Below are positions 40,107 through 50,663 of a stretch of DNA of 64,000 nt, in pieces. Origin of the DNA: Promethearchaeati archaeon SRVP18_Atabeyarchaeia-1. GTDB lineage: Archaea > Asgardarchaeota > Atabeyarchaeia > Atabeyarchaeales > Atabeyarchaeaceae. The stretch spans positions 2,400,001-2,464,000 of the forward strand of contig CP147779.1 of assembly GCA_037308085.1 (NCBI GenBank), in the 5' to 3' direction. The translations under genes were made by a program, and so were the position numbers. Position 1 is the stretch's first letter; the number at the start of each line of letters is the position of its first letter. The notes beneath the pieces are model-generated. The model did not search any database. It was given only the letters and a program-made list of their open reading frames with translations, and was not told the DNA's origin.

Positions 40107-41003
40107 TTGGTGGGAGTTCGGGATATTCTGGCGAATCTGATTCCGCCTCAAAAAGCTCGCCTTATCTACGGAGCTTACGACATAGTAGGAGACCTCGTTG
40201 TGACCAAAGTCCCCGCTGAGCTGGATGAGTATGAACGAGAAGTTGGAGAGGCCATCCATTTGGCTCATCCTGGCGTAAGGAGAGTCTTTAGAGTGATCGG
40301 GGAGACAAAGGAGATTGAGCGGAACAGGCTACTAAGAGCGATCTGGCCCGAATCGCCGCAGAATGGAAGGGATGGAGGCACACACACTAGTGGATGGAGC
40401 CGGACGATTTACCGCGAACAGGGCTGCAGGTTCGTCGTGGACGTCGAGAAAGTCTTCTTCACGCCAAGACTCTCCTACGAAAGAATGAGGGTGGCGAGAC
40501 AAGTGAAGTCAAGGGAAGTTGCCGCAAACCTCTTTGGCGGCGTAGGCACGTACGCGATCATCATTGCCAAGGTCTGCCCTGAGGTAGAAAGAACTTATTC
40601 TATTGATGTCAACCCAAATGCAGATGAACTATCGAGGGAGAACGTCGTCATAAACAAATGCTGGAACAAAGTCATGCCTATTCTGGGTGACGCAAAGATT
40701 GTCTGCAGAGATGAGCTGAAAGGGGTATGCGATCGAGTCATAATGCCACTACCAGAGAACGCCAAATATTTTCTTGATAGTGCTGTTACTGCATTGAAGG
40801 AAGGATGCGAGTGCACCATAAACTTCTACGCCGAAATCTCGGGAAAGGAGGTTGAAAACGAGGTACACAAAGTGGTTGACGAAACGAAAAAAAGGATAGT
40901 GAGTTCCGGGGCGAAGTCGTGCGAGGCGATTTGTTGGCGAATCGTTCGTGAAGTCGGAGCCAGAAGATACCATGTGGCGATAGACCTGAGAGTAGTGAAG
41001 TGA
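40107..41003 (+). CDS. Trm5/Taw2-type tRNA methyltransferase
   Basis: YDIVGD, VFFTPRLSYER, LFGGVG.Y, DVNP and DRVIMPLP. Confidence 0.85.
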   Translation: MVGVRDILANLIPPQKARLIYGAYDIVGDLVVTKVPAELDEYEREVGEAIHLAHPGVRRVFRVIGETKEIERNRLLRAIWPESPQNGRDGGTHTSGWSRTIYREQGCRFVVDVEKVFFTPRLSYERMRVARQVKSREVAANLFGGVGTYAIIIAKVCPEVERTYSIDVNPNADELSRENVVINKCWNKVMPILGDAKIVCRDELKGVCDRVIMPLPENAKYFLDSAVTALKEGCECTINFYAEISGKEVENEVHKVVDETKKRIVSSGAKSCEAICWRIVREVGARRYHVAIDLRVVK

Positions 41004-41124
41004 GCCGGCGATGATGAAGAGTTGAGCGACTTTTCAAACTGAATAGCAGAACCAGGACTGGAGCGCTGGACAGCAAAAACGCAGAGCAACAGTTTCAATC
41101 GTATGCCTTCCTCAGCTCGGCGTG

Positions 41125-42048
41125 CTATAGTCTCTTCATCCAGACTATCTCTGTGGACTCATCTAATTCTCCGGCAAAACCAATTTCCCTGAGTGATCTG
41201 ATGATTCCCATATCCGTGTATGTCCATAGCTTCACGGTTTCAAGGCCCTTGCTAGATGCAAGGTTTACGAGGAAACTCGCTAATGCTTTCGAGGCATTGC
41301 TGCTGTCGGCATCGAAGTAGCATGTCTGAATGCTCTTCTCAGCCTTTGCTTCTATCGTGGTGTCGTCCACTATCATGACTCCGCGTATGCTCCTGCCTGG
41401 GTTGTAAACAAATGCTTTGCCCTCTGATGCGAGGCGTGCAAGATCTTCCTCATCTAGGCTGTACCATATGAACCGTAAGGTGCGGAGGCCACCAGATTCT
41501 CTGAAGATACTAGAGTTCCCCATATATCGCCAAATGTCAGGAGTCGACTTCTCGTCAGCCGGTTTTACATCCTTCATGAGCAGGTCATCCTCTATTCTCT
41601 GCGCCTTCTTCTCAAGTTGGGTGAATTCGCAGAGCTTCTTGAAGCCAAGTCTTGAAAGCATCTCTTGCGGAGGCAAGTTCGTCTTATCCGTTATGACTCT
41701 TGCGATACGTGCATCCATTTCCTCTCTAGCTATTCTCAGGCATTCGTTTACCATGGCGAGCCCAATTCCCTCTCTTCGGTGACTCTTTTCAACCCTTCCT
41801 CCCTGCAGCCAAACTTCCCCGACCTTCGTCAACTTCACGAAGTTCATGCCGACGACGACGCCATCAAGTTCCGCAACCAAGAGCCGACCTGACTCATCTA
41901 ACAACCAACTATCGAAGACCCGGTGGATGTAGTCTCCACGCGGGAACGTATCTCGAGTAAATTCAAGGACTCGGTCACGATCGCTTGCCCTGGCCCGACG
42001 GACTTCGAGGTTTGCCACGCTTCTTTTTCTCCCATACTCTAATCGCAC
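41125..42048 (-). CDS. GNAT family protein
   Basis: DYI..VF..W and WLQGGRV...RREGIG. Confidence 0.75.
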   Translation of the reverse strand: MRLEYGRKRSVANLEVRRARASDRDRVLEFTRDTFPRGDYIHRVFDSWLLDESGRLLVAELDGVVVGMNFVKLTKVGEVWLQGGRVEKSHRREGIGLAMVNECLRIAREEMDARIARVITDKTNLPPQEMLSRLGFKKLCEFTQLEKKAQRIEDDLLMKDVKPADEKSTPDIWRYMGNSSIFRESGGLRTLRFIWYSLDEEDLARLASEGKAFVYNPGRSIRGVMIVDDTTIEAKAEKSIQTCYFDADSSNASKALASFLVNLASSKGLETVKLWTYTDMGIIRSLREIGFAGELDESTEIVWMKRL

Positions 42049-42338
42049 TAAAGCCAGATTAGCCGAGTACTGACTTAAGAGTTTACACTGTCCAAAACAG
42101 GAGACCGATTAGGACTTGACCCCAGAACAAGAACCAGTAATCCTACTAATCCGACACGAAACATCAGCCCGGTGATTAGAACAAAAAAGAGAAAAGGTTG
42201 GACTCTCGATGTGGATCTCCATCTGCACGATCCACTACCACTCTACAGCTGACTCCGCCCCATGCAGTGATTGGAAGCCAGCTCGGCGCTCACTGTACTT
42301 ACTCCACGCGCAGGGAAGGCGTCTTTAGGCTTGTTTTG

Positions 42339-42473
42339 CTACATCTCTCTAAGGATTTGGATTGCTATCATTATCGCCCCGGCGAGGAGCAAGCCAACGG
42401 TATAGCTGTCATAAGCTGATGCGAAGTTGGACAAACTCTTCTTCAATTTGTTCCTAAACTGTATTCCTATCAT
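42339..42473 (-). CDS. Possible 44-aa single-TM small protein (not in ORF track)
   Basis: MIGIQFRNKLKKSLSNFASAYDSYTVGLLLAGAIMIAIQILREM*; AT-rich TATA-like sequence about 45 nt upstream. Confidence 0.35.
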   Translation of the reverse strand: MIGIQFRNKLKKSLSNFASAYDSYTVGLLLAGAIMIAIQILREM

Positions 42474-42698
42474 ATAGATACCATCGCTGCGATTCTGTGG
42501 AGGAATATCCTCCTAATATTATATGATCGTAAAACGCTACTTAAAGATAATGTGCAATAACCAGAACACTGTGTTTTGCTTATAGGACACTTACGGACCA
42601 GTTTCAATGTAGGACTAAGTGAGACGTCCGAGCCATCACTTGCGCATGTGTCTATCCGGCGCGTCACCGCATTTCTAGTCTGGCAGAAGGTGGTTCCA

Positions 42699-43319
42699 AT
42701 GAAAGCCTGTGGAATGATCGGAAGTCCAAAGAAGGATGGAAACGTGGATCAGCTTGCATCTCAGGTGCTCCGAGGAATGAACAGTGTCGGAATAGAGTCA
42801 GATAAGATCTACCTGAACGATCTGCGAATTAGGGCGTGCCAGAGCTGCGGAGTCGATCCAAGCCCCAAGTTCTGCATCTTCGACGATGACATGAAGAAGA
42901 TCTACGACGCACTGGACTCCTGTGATGCCATCGTGCTGGGCTCACCTGTGTATTTTGACACAGTCAGCGCTCAAGTCAAGCTTATGATTGACCGTTGCAA
43001 CTGCTTAATGCCCTACCTCGAGAAGCCAGACGGCTCTTGGGGATTCGTGAGAAGAATAGCGAAACGGAAGAAGGGAGTCTTCATTGCAGCTGCAGGAGTA
43101 GATCAGGAGTATGAATCAATTCTAACTACGGTCAAAGGATTCTTTCAGTGGGCAAACATTGAGCTAATCGAAACAGTGCTTTACTCCCACGATGATACCG
43201 ACATGGGAGGGGTGAAGACCAACAAGGAGAAGATGGGTCAAGCCTACGAGGTCGGGTTTAGGTTAGGAAATTCGCTTTCGACCAGAAGTGATCTACCCGT
43301 CTGCCATCGCAAGACCTAA
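42699..43319 (+). CDS. Iron-sulfur flavoprotein / flavodoxin family
   Basis: GSPKKDGN, CQSC....C..DDDM, GSPVYF and K.MIDR. Confidence 0.85.
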   Translation: MKACGMIGSPKKDGNVDQLASQVLRGMNSVGIESDKIYLNDLRIRACQSCGVDPSPKFCIFDDDMKKIYDALDSCDAIVLGSPVYFDTVSAQVKLMIDRCNCLMPYLEKPDGSWGFVRRIAKRKKGVFIAAAGVDQEYESILTTVKGFFQWANIELIETVLYSHDDTDMGGVKTNKEKMGQAYEVGFRLGNSLSTRSDLPVCHRKT

Positions 43320-43411
43320 GCTTGATACCATTCAGGCGTCCATGAAGGTCAGCGATAATTCAAATCGACGAAGCAAAGCATGTCCCCAGCGTTTGCCACT
43401 GCACTGATTTT

Positions 43412-44179
43412 CTACTTGGCTTTTCTGGCTATGACCATTAGCTCAAACTCGTCTAGCTTTATCTTTCTTCTTCCCCAATCCCCGGCGGTCCCACCCCAAA
43501 TGTGCTCTACTTGGAAACCTGCCTGCCCGAAGATCAAGTATAACTCAGTGGGAACATATCCCCGTTCTCTCACCAGTACGCTCTTTTTGCCCTCTGTGGC
43601 ATCCCATTTGCGTTTTGTGACATCCCATTCCAAGTTGTGGACTTCGGTCATCATAATTGGATCGAATTTTCCTTTTTCGACGTCTGCCTGGCTGTACTCT
43701 CGTATCATCTTGAACCCATTGAGTAGGGTCACCATCAAGCGGGCTCCCCTCTTGAGGGCGAGGCATATGTTATTCAATATGTCAATCTCGTGTTCGATGG
43801 GGTGATCTCCAGATCCGAGCAAACCAAAGGCCCCTTCGCATAGGCAGATCGCCGCGTCGAATTGTTTTGTCGATTTGAATCTTGTGGCATCGGCATGAAT
43901 GAGTTCTACCCTGACTCCTTCCTTCTTGGCTGCCTTTGCGGCTTCCGTTAGCATCCCGATGGAGATATCAACGCCGGTGATCCCATAACCGCGTCTGGCA
44001 AGCTCAATGGCGTGCCGTCCTGTTCCACAGCCTATATCCAGAATTCTGCTCCCAATGGGGAGCTTCAATTCCTCGAGAACGAAATCAACTTCCTTGATAG
44101 TGTTTCTAGTGAATGTGTTGCTCATGTACGCTGGAGCATGACCATCGAAAAACTGCTCCCACTCATTTTCCGGTCCCAA
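43412..44179 (-). CDS. Class I SAM-dependent methyltransferase
   Basis: ILDIGCGTGRH and GVDIS..ML. Confidence 0.9.
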   Translation of the reverse strand: MGPENEWEQFFDGHAPAYMSNTFTRNTIKEVDFVLEELKLPIGSRILDIGCGTGRHAIELARRGYGITGVDISIGMLTEAAKAAKKEGVRVELIHADATRFKSTKQFDAAICLCEGAFGLLGSGDHPIEHEIDILNNICLALKRGARLMVTLLNGFKMIREYSQADVEKGKFDPIMMTEVHNLEWDVTKRKWDATEGKKSVLVRERGYVPTELYLIFGQAGFQVEHIWGGTAGDWGRRKIKLDEFELMVIARKAK

Positions 44180-44248
44180 CTTCCGTGTTCCCTCAGTTAG
44201 ACATCAATCGCTGATTCGGATCTAGTTCTGAATCGTGCCACTTTCACT

Positions 44249-44611
44249 TTACTTCTCTGCTACCTGGGATCCTATCATAGTTAGAATCATTTTGAATCTT
44301 TTCTGAGCTTTGAGGGCGTGTGGCTTGTTGGCTGGCATTATGATTGCCTCACCTTCTTTCAGACTGATCGCCTTCCCGGCAATCTTTACTTCGGCCTCCC
44401 CGTCGACCATATGGATCATGGCATCGAAAGGGGCTGTGTGCTCGCTCAGACCTTGCCCTTCGTCAAAAGCAAATAGAGTTACTGTCCCTGTCTTTCTACT
44501 TATTATTTCTCGGCTCACGACTGAGCCGTCCTGATAATCTATAAAGTCCACGATTCTCACAGGTTGAGCGCCAAGTTTCCCGGCGCTTTTGCCTTTTGTT
44601 TTATTCGCCAT
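44249..44611 (-). CDS. Cupin domain protein
   Basis: FAFDEGQGLSEHTAPFDA and MPANKPHAL. Confidence 0.9.
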   Translation of the reverse strand: MANKTKGKSAGKLGAQPVRIVDFIDYQDGSVVSREIISRKTGTVTLFAFDEGQGLSEHTAPFDAMIHMVDGEAEVKIAGKAISLKEGEAIIMPANKPHALKAQKRFKMILTMIGSQVAEK

Positions 44612-44702
44612 GTTTCAGACGCCTCGTCTTATGCAATCCGCGTGACTGGCAAAACTGAATGTCCTGAAGGACAGGTGGATACTATGCGATCTGCAATCAT
44701 CA

Positions 44703-45668
44703 CTAAACTCTTATCTTGTCTAGGGCTTCTTTGGCGACCTTGCGCACCGCCGTGTTCTTGTCGTTCTGAGCTTGGACGAGTGCTTCAAAAGCCTTTGAAT
44801 CTCCAATGTTGCCGAGAGCCCACGCTGCGGCCCACCTAACATCTCTATTCTCATCGCTCAGTGCTTGCACGAGTCTGCCAACGGCGCTCGGGATCCTCAT
44901 CTCTCCGAGAGACCAAGCAACCGCTGCCCGCACACTCCAGTCCTCGTCGTTCAAAGCTTGAACCAGGGGCTCCACAGCTCCCGCCACCTTCTTCTCGCCC
45001 AGTGACCAGGCGGCCACTGATCTTACGCTCCAGTCCCGGTCTTTCAATGCTTTGATTAGGGGCTCTATCACTCGGTCGTCCCTAGTCTTTCCGAGAGCCC
45101 TCGTAGCCTCCCATCTAACGCGAGTGTTCTGGTCATTCTGGGCCTGAATGAGGGCAGCCACTGCCCCAGGATCACCTATCCTGCCGAGAGCGCGGGCTGC
45201 TTCCCTTCGAACATTCTCATCCTTGTCCTCCAGAGCACTGACGAGGGGAACGACCGACTGGGAAGCGCCTATTCTTCCCAGAGCGTTCGCCGCCCGCCAC
45301 CGTGAGCGGCTATCTTCCTCCTTCAGCGCCTCAACTAGTGGGTCAACTCCCCTCGGATCCCTCATTTTTCCGAGAGCGTGCATTGCTCCCCAACGGACAT
45401 TCTTGTCCTCGTCTTTCAGCATCTGAATGAGAAGATCGACCGCTGCTGTGACTCTCATTTCTCCAAGTGCCCAAGCGGCTCCCCATCGTAGATTCTTGTC
45501 TTCGTCCCTCAGAGCCTGAATCAGGTGTGTGACTGCTCTGGAGTCACCTATCTTGCCTAAAGCCTCCGCTGCGCGCCGCCTAACCTCGCTGTCGCCGTGG
45601 GAAAGCGCCTTGATTAAGCCATCAACATCCCTGTTAGAAACCATCTTGTCGATCTTAGGCTTGAACAA
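44703..45668 (-). CDS. HEAT/PBS-lyase repeat protein
   Basis: About 10 tandem 31-aa repeats VR..AA.ALG.IGD..AV..L..AL.D. Confidence 0.9.
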   Translation of the reverse strand: MFKPKIDKMVSNRDVDGLIKALSHGDSEVRRRAAEALGKIGDSRAVTHLIQALRDEDKNLRWGAAWALGEMRVTAAVDLLIQMLKDEDKNVRWGAMHALGKMRDPRGVDPLVEALKEEDSRSRWRAANALGRIGASQSVVPLVSALEDKDENVRREAARALGRIGDPGAVAALIQAQNDQNTRVRWEATRALGKTRDDRVIEPLIKALKDRDWSVRSVAAWSLGEKKVAGAVEPLVQALNDEDWSVRAAVAWSLGEMRIPSAVGRLVQALSDENRDVRWAAAWALGNIGDSKAFEALVQAQNDKNTAVRKVAKEALDKIRV

Positions 45669-45709
45669 GTTTTCTTCCCCTCCATAAGGTGAGTGAAGCC
45701 CACTGTGGA

Positions 45710-46600
45710 CTACCCGAATTCGCCTTTCGCAACGTACATCACTCTGCCTCCCACGAACACGTCTATCGTCCCACCTTTCTCTTCAGATTTGAGCAGAAGC
45801 AGTGAGGGTCTACCAATCTCGTAACCCTGCTCCGCCCGAAGGTCAATCTTGTTCTCTCCAAAATAGCGGTACTTGACCAAGTACCCTGCCAGACAACCAT
45901 TACCGCTTCCAGTAGCTGGATCCTCTGGAACTCCATAGTAGTCGACGAAGACCCTGATACTAAGGTCATTTCCAGGTCTGTGTGCCTCGGGGCAAAAAAC
46001 CAGTATCCCCTTTGCATCCAGGTTCCCTACAAGGTCAAAGTATTTCTCCCTCCATATCTTGGCCTTCTTCAGCGCATCCAAGTTCTTGAGCGGAACTATT
46101 ATGAAGTGTATGCCAGTCGAGACGTCTTGTATGGGAAACCTATCATCAATCTGATTCTCTTGAAGGCTGAGCACGTCGCAGGTTATGTGCTTGTCAAAGG
46201 TCCTGCCAAAGATAGGGGGTATCTGATGCATCCATAGCATGTCAGCCTCCTTTTCTCTATAGGTGAAAGCCACCGGGATCTGACCTATCTTCAGGTTCAG
46301 CGTTACCTCTTCAACTGGCTTCCCGATGATCTCCCGCTGGATTACGTAAGCAGTTCCGAGTGTAGGATGACCGGCGAACGGTAATTCTTCAACGGGTGTG
46401 AAAATGCGAACATTGTATCCACCATTTCTCTGTTTCTCATCTGAAAGAATGAAAGTGGTCTCCGAGAAGTTCATCTCTCTGGCAACTCGCTGCTTCTCGT
46501 CGTCGGGCATCGCTTTGCAGTCCCTGACTACTGCGAGTGGGTTGCCAGCATACTTCTCCTCAGCAAACACATCTACAATATAGTAAGTGAATTTCTTCAT
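45710..46600 (-). CDS. PhzF family isomerase
   Basis: GNPLAV, NFSETTF, ELPFAGHPT and EDPATGS. Confidence 0.9.
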   Translation of the reverse strand: MKKFTYYIVDVFAEEKYAGNPLAVVRDCKAMPDDEKQRVAREMNFSETTFILSDEKQRNGGYNVRIFTPVEELPFAGHPTLGTAYVIQREIIGKPVEEVTLNLKIGQIPVAFTYREKEADMLWMHQIPPIFGRTFDKHITCDVLSLQENQIDDRFPIQDVSTGIHFIIVPLKNLDALKKAKIWREKYFDLVGNLDAKGILVFCPEAHRPGNDLSIRVFVDYYGVPEDPATGSGNGCLAGYLVKYRYFGENKIDLRAEQGYEIGRPSLLLLKSEEKGGTIDVFVGGRVMYVAKGEFG

Positions 46601-47050
46601 ACCTGAGATCACCATTCAAGGGTCTCGCACATTAGTCCTTGATTCATCATGGTTATTAGCTTTCATGTGACTAAATTCATGGTCGAGGATCGAATATAGG
46701 AATTGGTCGCGCCATTAACACTTCAACCAACCCGATCCACATCTCTGCAAACTCATCATGCGATGCGTGGACTTATTAATTCTTTCCGCTATTCTTAGGT
46801 GCTGGATTATGTAGAGTACCGATGGTTCATTGGTTTTCGTCGCAGCGCGGTAGGGCGCTTCAATCATTTTCCTATTTTCTTCCCGATGAGCGCACTCAAC
46901 TGGAATTGATTTTCCACTCTATTGTTTCCGCGTATGTCGCTCACTTTGCGCTAGGTGTCTAGTTCCTCAACTACTGGTTTGCTTCTTTTCCTATCTGTGG
47001 AGTTTAAATACCTCCTCTGGAAATGGGTGGGCAAGTGGAGGCTATCGGAG

Positions 47051-47833
47051 TTGCAGCTTAGCGCATCGAGTCCTCGGACTCTGGTCAGCAGTGGCATCGG
47101 TGACGTAGATGACATGCTTGGCGGAGGTTTTGAGCAGGGTTTATTCAACTTGATCTATGGGGAGACGAATTCCGCTATAACTTCGCTACTACTCTCCGTC
47201 TCTGTAAACTCGCAGCTTCCTAGCCTTAACAGAGGCGCGGGAAGTAAAGTTGTTTTCATTGATGCACAGAATTGCTTTAACCCATATACCGTGAGTTGCA
47301 AGGCAGCCGGTTTAGGTCTAAGCCCAGAGGCTGTGCTTGAAGGAATCTATGTTTCAAGAGCCTTCACAAGTGGACAAGTTGAGGAACTCATCTTGAGGAA
47401 GGCTGAGGATGAGGTTAATAGACTCGACGCCCGCGTCTTGATAGTCTCAGGTCTCACCACCCTGCAACTCGTCGATGACCGTGGGAAGTTGAAGCAGGAG
47501 ACACTTAGTAGGCTTGTTGAGGTTTATGGCCATCTCCGTAACCTTGGCTTCCAGAGAAATCTAGTTGTGTTAGCCTCCACTGGGATAGCTGAGAACTCCG
47601 AGTATAGACCAGCTGGAGGCAGAGCGCTGGCGCATTATGCGCAGGCTCATTTGTTGGTGAGGGAGAGACCCAGGGTTACAGAGTATGTTCTCATGAAGCA
47701 CCCGTCTATCGCTGAACGTAAGACTTTGGTTTGGAAGGGGCGCAGAGCACACTTCATGCCAACCCTCGACGCATACTTCCTAAACAATCGCAGAGGAGGC
47801 GCCAAGCTCAATACTTTTCTGGCTGGAACCTGA
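47051..47833 (+). CDS. Inactivated RadA/RecA-like protein of the PolB2 cassette
   Basis: SGI..VDDMLGGGF, FIDAQN.F and SRAFT..Q; Walker A is degenerate (GETNSAITS). Confidence 0.75.
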   Translation: MQLSASSPRTLVSSGIGDVDDMLGGGFEQGLFNLIYGETNSAITSLLLSVSVNSQLPSLNRGAGSKVVFIDAQNCFNPYTVSCKAAGLGLSPEAVLEGIYVSRAFTSGQVEELILRKAEDEVNRLDARVLIVSGLTTLQLVDDRGKLKQETLSRLVEVYGHLRNLGFQRNLVVLASTGIAENSEYRPAGGRALAHYAQAHLLVRERPRVTEYVLMKHPSIAERKTLVWKGRRAHFMPTLDAYFLNNRRGGAKLNTFLAGT

Positions 47834-47849
47834 GAGGAAAACCGGAGGC

Positions 47850-48125
47850 ATGACAGATTTGGGTAGAACAGTTCCCAGTTTCAGGATGGCTCTTGAGCAG
47901 GAACTTAAGAAGTGGAGTCAGTTTCGTAGAGGGTTGAGGGTTGAGGAGCAGAGGATACTAGATGGGTTACTGAATGATGTGAGGAGACACGCTGACGCTG
48001 GTTCTCTTGTCTGCTCGCCCACCATCTCTGAGATAGTGTTGATGTCTATTCTAATCGAGTTGAAGAAGCAACTTGAGAAGCATGAGGCTGGAACTGCTTC
48101 CTCGAAGAATGGTGGTGAGGCTTGA
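47850..48125 (+). CDS. Small PolB2-associated helical protein
   Basis: GRTVPSFR..LE.E...W..FRR.L, typical of the small gene next to polB2. Confidence 0.75.
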   Translation: MTDLGRTVPSFRMALEQELKKWSQFRRGLRVEEQRILDGLLNDVRRHADAGSLVCSPTISEIVLMSILIELKKQLEKHEAGTASSKNGGEA

Positions 48126-50392
48126 GCGCCCTTGAAGGTTGGATCTTAGACGCCAACGTTGATGGTAGTGAGAATGCGCTCTCGATCTGGGTTAAGAGGA
48201 AGCCTGATGGTAGAGTTGTACGGGTGTTAAGTGACTGGAAACCTTGGTTCTACGTTTGCCCAAGAAATGGTTCTTGGGATGTGGAGAGGTTGATTCATGC
48301 TATTTCTCAGCATCCCCATGTGAGTGAAGCTGTAGTTGCTGAGAAGTATGTGAGCTTGGAGGATCGTGAGAAGAGCTGTGTCGTTCAAGTCACAGTTGAT
48401 GGGGTAAACTCTTTTAAGAAGACTATAAGGGATGTTGAGAAGCTGGGCGGCATCGAGTTCTTCAACACTGATATTCCCTTGGAGCAGATGTTCTTCTTCT
48501 CGACTCAACTTTTCCCGTTTGCTCATGTCTCGCTAAGTGTGAGTACTGGTCAACGGCTTGAGGACTTCAAGCTACTGGATTCAAGGATGACTGTGGAGTA
48601 TGAGACACCTGCACTAAGAAAGCTTGAGATTGTGTTAGATGGAGCAGGTAGCCTTGTGCTTTCTCCCATTGAACCAATCAGACGGATCACCCTGAAGATA
48701 GGAGATCAAGGTAGGATAGATCAGTGTGTTCTAGAAGGGAAATGCGAAGCTGAACTGCTCAGAGAGTTATCGCAGAGCGTAAACAACTTGGATCCCGATG
48801 TGATAATGAGCCGCGAAGGAGACGCCAAAGTATTCCCTTACCTACAAGCTAGAGTGATAGCAAATCAGCTTGAGAATGAATTCACCTTATCGAGGGATGG
48901 TGCGCCACTTTATCCAAGCAGGTATAGACCGAGTAAGGGTGGGACTTCGTATTTCAGTTACGGTAAGATGTACTACAAACCAACTTCAAAGCTGATACTT
49001 CATGGTAGGCTACACATAGATGAGGCCACGACCTTCCTGTTTGAAGAAGGCGGCCTTGAGGGGTTAATTGAGGAAGCTAGACTTTCATTGATGCCCGTGC
49101 AGCAGATCTCAAGGGCGACGGTTGGCTACATGGTTACTTCCATGCAGAATTACCAGGCTTGGCTGGATGATGTGCTAATTCCGGCAGTCAAGAGGAACAC
49201 TGAGGGGTTCAAGACTGGAACCGAGTTGATTAGGCAGGATAGGGGTGGATTCGTCTTTGAGCCGAAGATGGGAGTCCACGAAGATGTAGGCGAATGCGAC
49301 TACTTCATGATGTATCCGAGCATCATGCACCACTTCAACATCTCGCCTGAGACTGTGAACTGTAAGTGCTGCGAGGGTGTTGGCGCCAAGGTTCCTGGAG
49401 TTGATCTGCATATCTGCAGGGAGCGAGTGGGTTTAGTTCCGAGAGTAGTCTCGATACTTCTTGAGAAGAGGAGAGAGTGTAAGAGACTCCTGAAGGAGGC
49501 TGAGGGTGGGAGAAAGGAGAGGCTTATGAGTCTGCAGACGACGGTGAAGTGGGGTGGAGTGGTGTCCTTCGGCTATCTGGGATTCAAGGGTTACCGTTTC
49601 GGCAGAATTGACGCTCATATAGCTGTAACAGCCTTCGCTCGAGAATTGCTCCTGAGAAGCGCTGCAATAGCGCAGAGGAAAGGCTTCGATCTGATTCATG
49701 GGATCGTTGACTCGCTATGGGTCAAAAAGAATTCTGGTGCAGCGGATGCAGGTGAATACAAGGAGCTGTGTAAGGAGATCTCAGAGGCTACAGAACTGCA
49801 GCTTGACTTCAAGGGAATCTACAAGTGGATCGTGTTTCTCAACTCAACTACCGACCCAGACCTGCCTGTCCTTAATCGTTACTATGGATTGCTGAACGAT
49901 GGGGAGATGCGGGTTCGTGGCTTGGAAGTTCGGAAGCATGATACTCCCCCATTAATCCACAATGCGCAGATGGATATGGTCAAAGCCGTCTCAGGTGCTT
50001 CAAATAGTGAAGAGTTCATTATGGCGATTCCTAAGGCGCGGAGAGTGCTTAATGATTATGTTGAGAAGGTTCTTCGAGGAGACGCGGATCCTCTTGATCT
50101 AGTCATAACTAGAAACTTGTCTCGGTCTCCTTCAGAGTACTCAGTTGTAACGAGGCAGGCTGCTGCCGCGGAGCAGCTTAGGTCCTTTGGAGTTAACCTT
50201 CAGGCAGGACAGCGAGCCAAGTTCATAGTTGTGAGTTCAGCCGCGCGTAATCCTGTTAGGAGAGTTCTTGCTGCTGAGTTATTAAAGCCTGGCTCAAGGA
50301 TCTCCTATGACAAGAGTGAATATGTTAAACTGTTACAAAGAGCTTTTGATAGCCTATTCCCGCCCAGCATATTCTGCAGTTCCCGCTTGTAG
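48122..50392 (+). CDS. polB2: Family B DNA polymerase, PolB2 (Dpo2) group
   Basis: DRGG, CDYFMMYPSIM..FNISPET, SFGYLG, HGIVDSLWV (variant motif C) and RGLEVRKHDTP. Confidence 0.85.
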   Translation: MSALEGWILDANVDGSENALSIWVKRKPDGRVVRVLSDWKPWFYVCPRNGSWDVERLIHAISQHPHVSEAVVAEKYVSLEDREKSCVVQVTVDGVNSFKKTIRDVEKLGGIEFFNTDIPLEQMFFFSTQLFPFAHVSLSVSTGQRLEDFKLLDSRMTVEYETPALRKLEIVLDGAGSLVLSPIEPIRRITLKIGDQGRIDQCVLEGKCEAELLRELSQSVNNLDPDVIMSREGDAKVFPYLQARVIANQLENEFTLSRDGAPLYPSRYRPSKGGTSYFSYGKMYYKPTSKLILHGRLHIDEATTFLFEEGGLEGLIEEARLSLMPVQQISRATVGYMVTSMQNYQAWLDDVLIPAVKRNTEGFKTGTELIRQDRGGFVFEPKMGVHEDVGECDYFMMYPSIMHHFNISPETVNCKCCEGVGAKVPGVDLHICRERVGLVPRVVSILLEKRRECKRLLKEAEGGRKERLMSLQTTVKWGGVVSFGYLGFKGYRFGRIDAHIAVTAFARELLLRSAAIAQRKGFDLIHGIVDSLWVKKNSGAADAGEYKELCKEISEATELQLDFKGIYKWIVFLNSTTDPDLPVLNRYYGLLNDGEMRVRGLEVRKHDTPPLIHNAQMDMVKAVSGASNSEEFIMAIPKARRVLNDYVEKVLRGDADPLDLVITRNLSRSPSEYSVVTRQAAAAEQLRSFGVNLQAGQRAKFIVVSSAARNPVRRVLAAELLKPGSRISYDKSEYVKLLQRAFDSLFPPSIFCSSRL

Positions 50393-50663
50393 AGCATACC
50401 ATCTTCTATGCGCTCTTTAGGGTGATTACCAGTTAACGTCTTTGATGACGACTATCTCCAAATGGTAGCAGTTTGCAAGCACGCGAGGATGGGGCTGCCG
50501 CCAGCAACGTGTCACACTGCGCCAAACTCGATCGTGCGTTTGGATATAGACCTCCCACAATTCTATGCCGCATCAACAGAGGTGATTATCGCCGCCCAGA
50601 AGAATCGATCATTGTAGCCTTGCGGTCACACACAAAACAAGATGCTAATTGATCCAAAAGCCA

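Noticed and set aside
44703-45668. Periodic DNA repeats
   Set aside because: Explained by HEAT protein repeats (likewise TPR at 5575-6912); not CRISPR.
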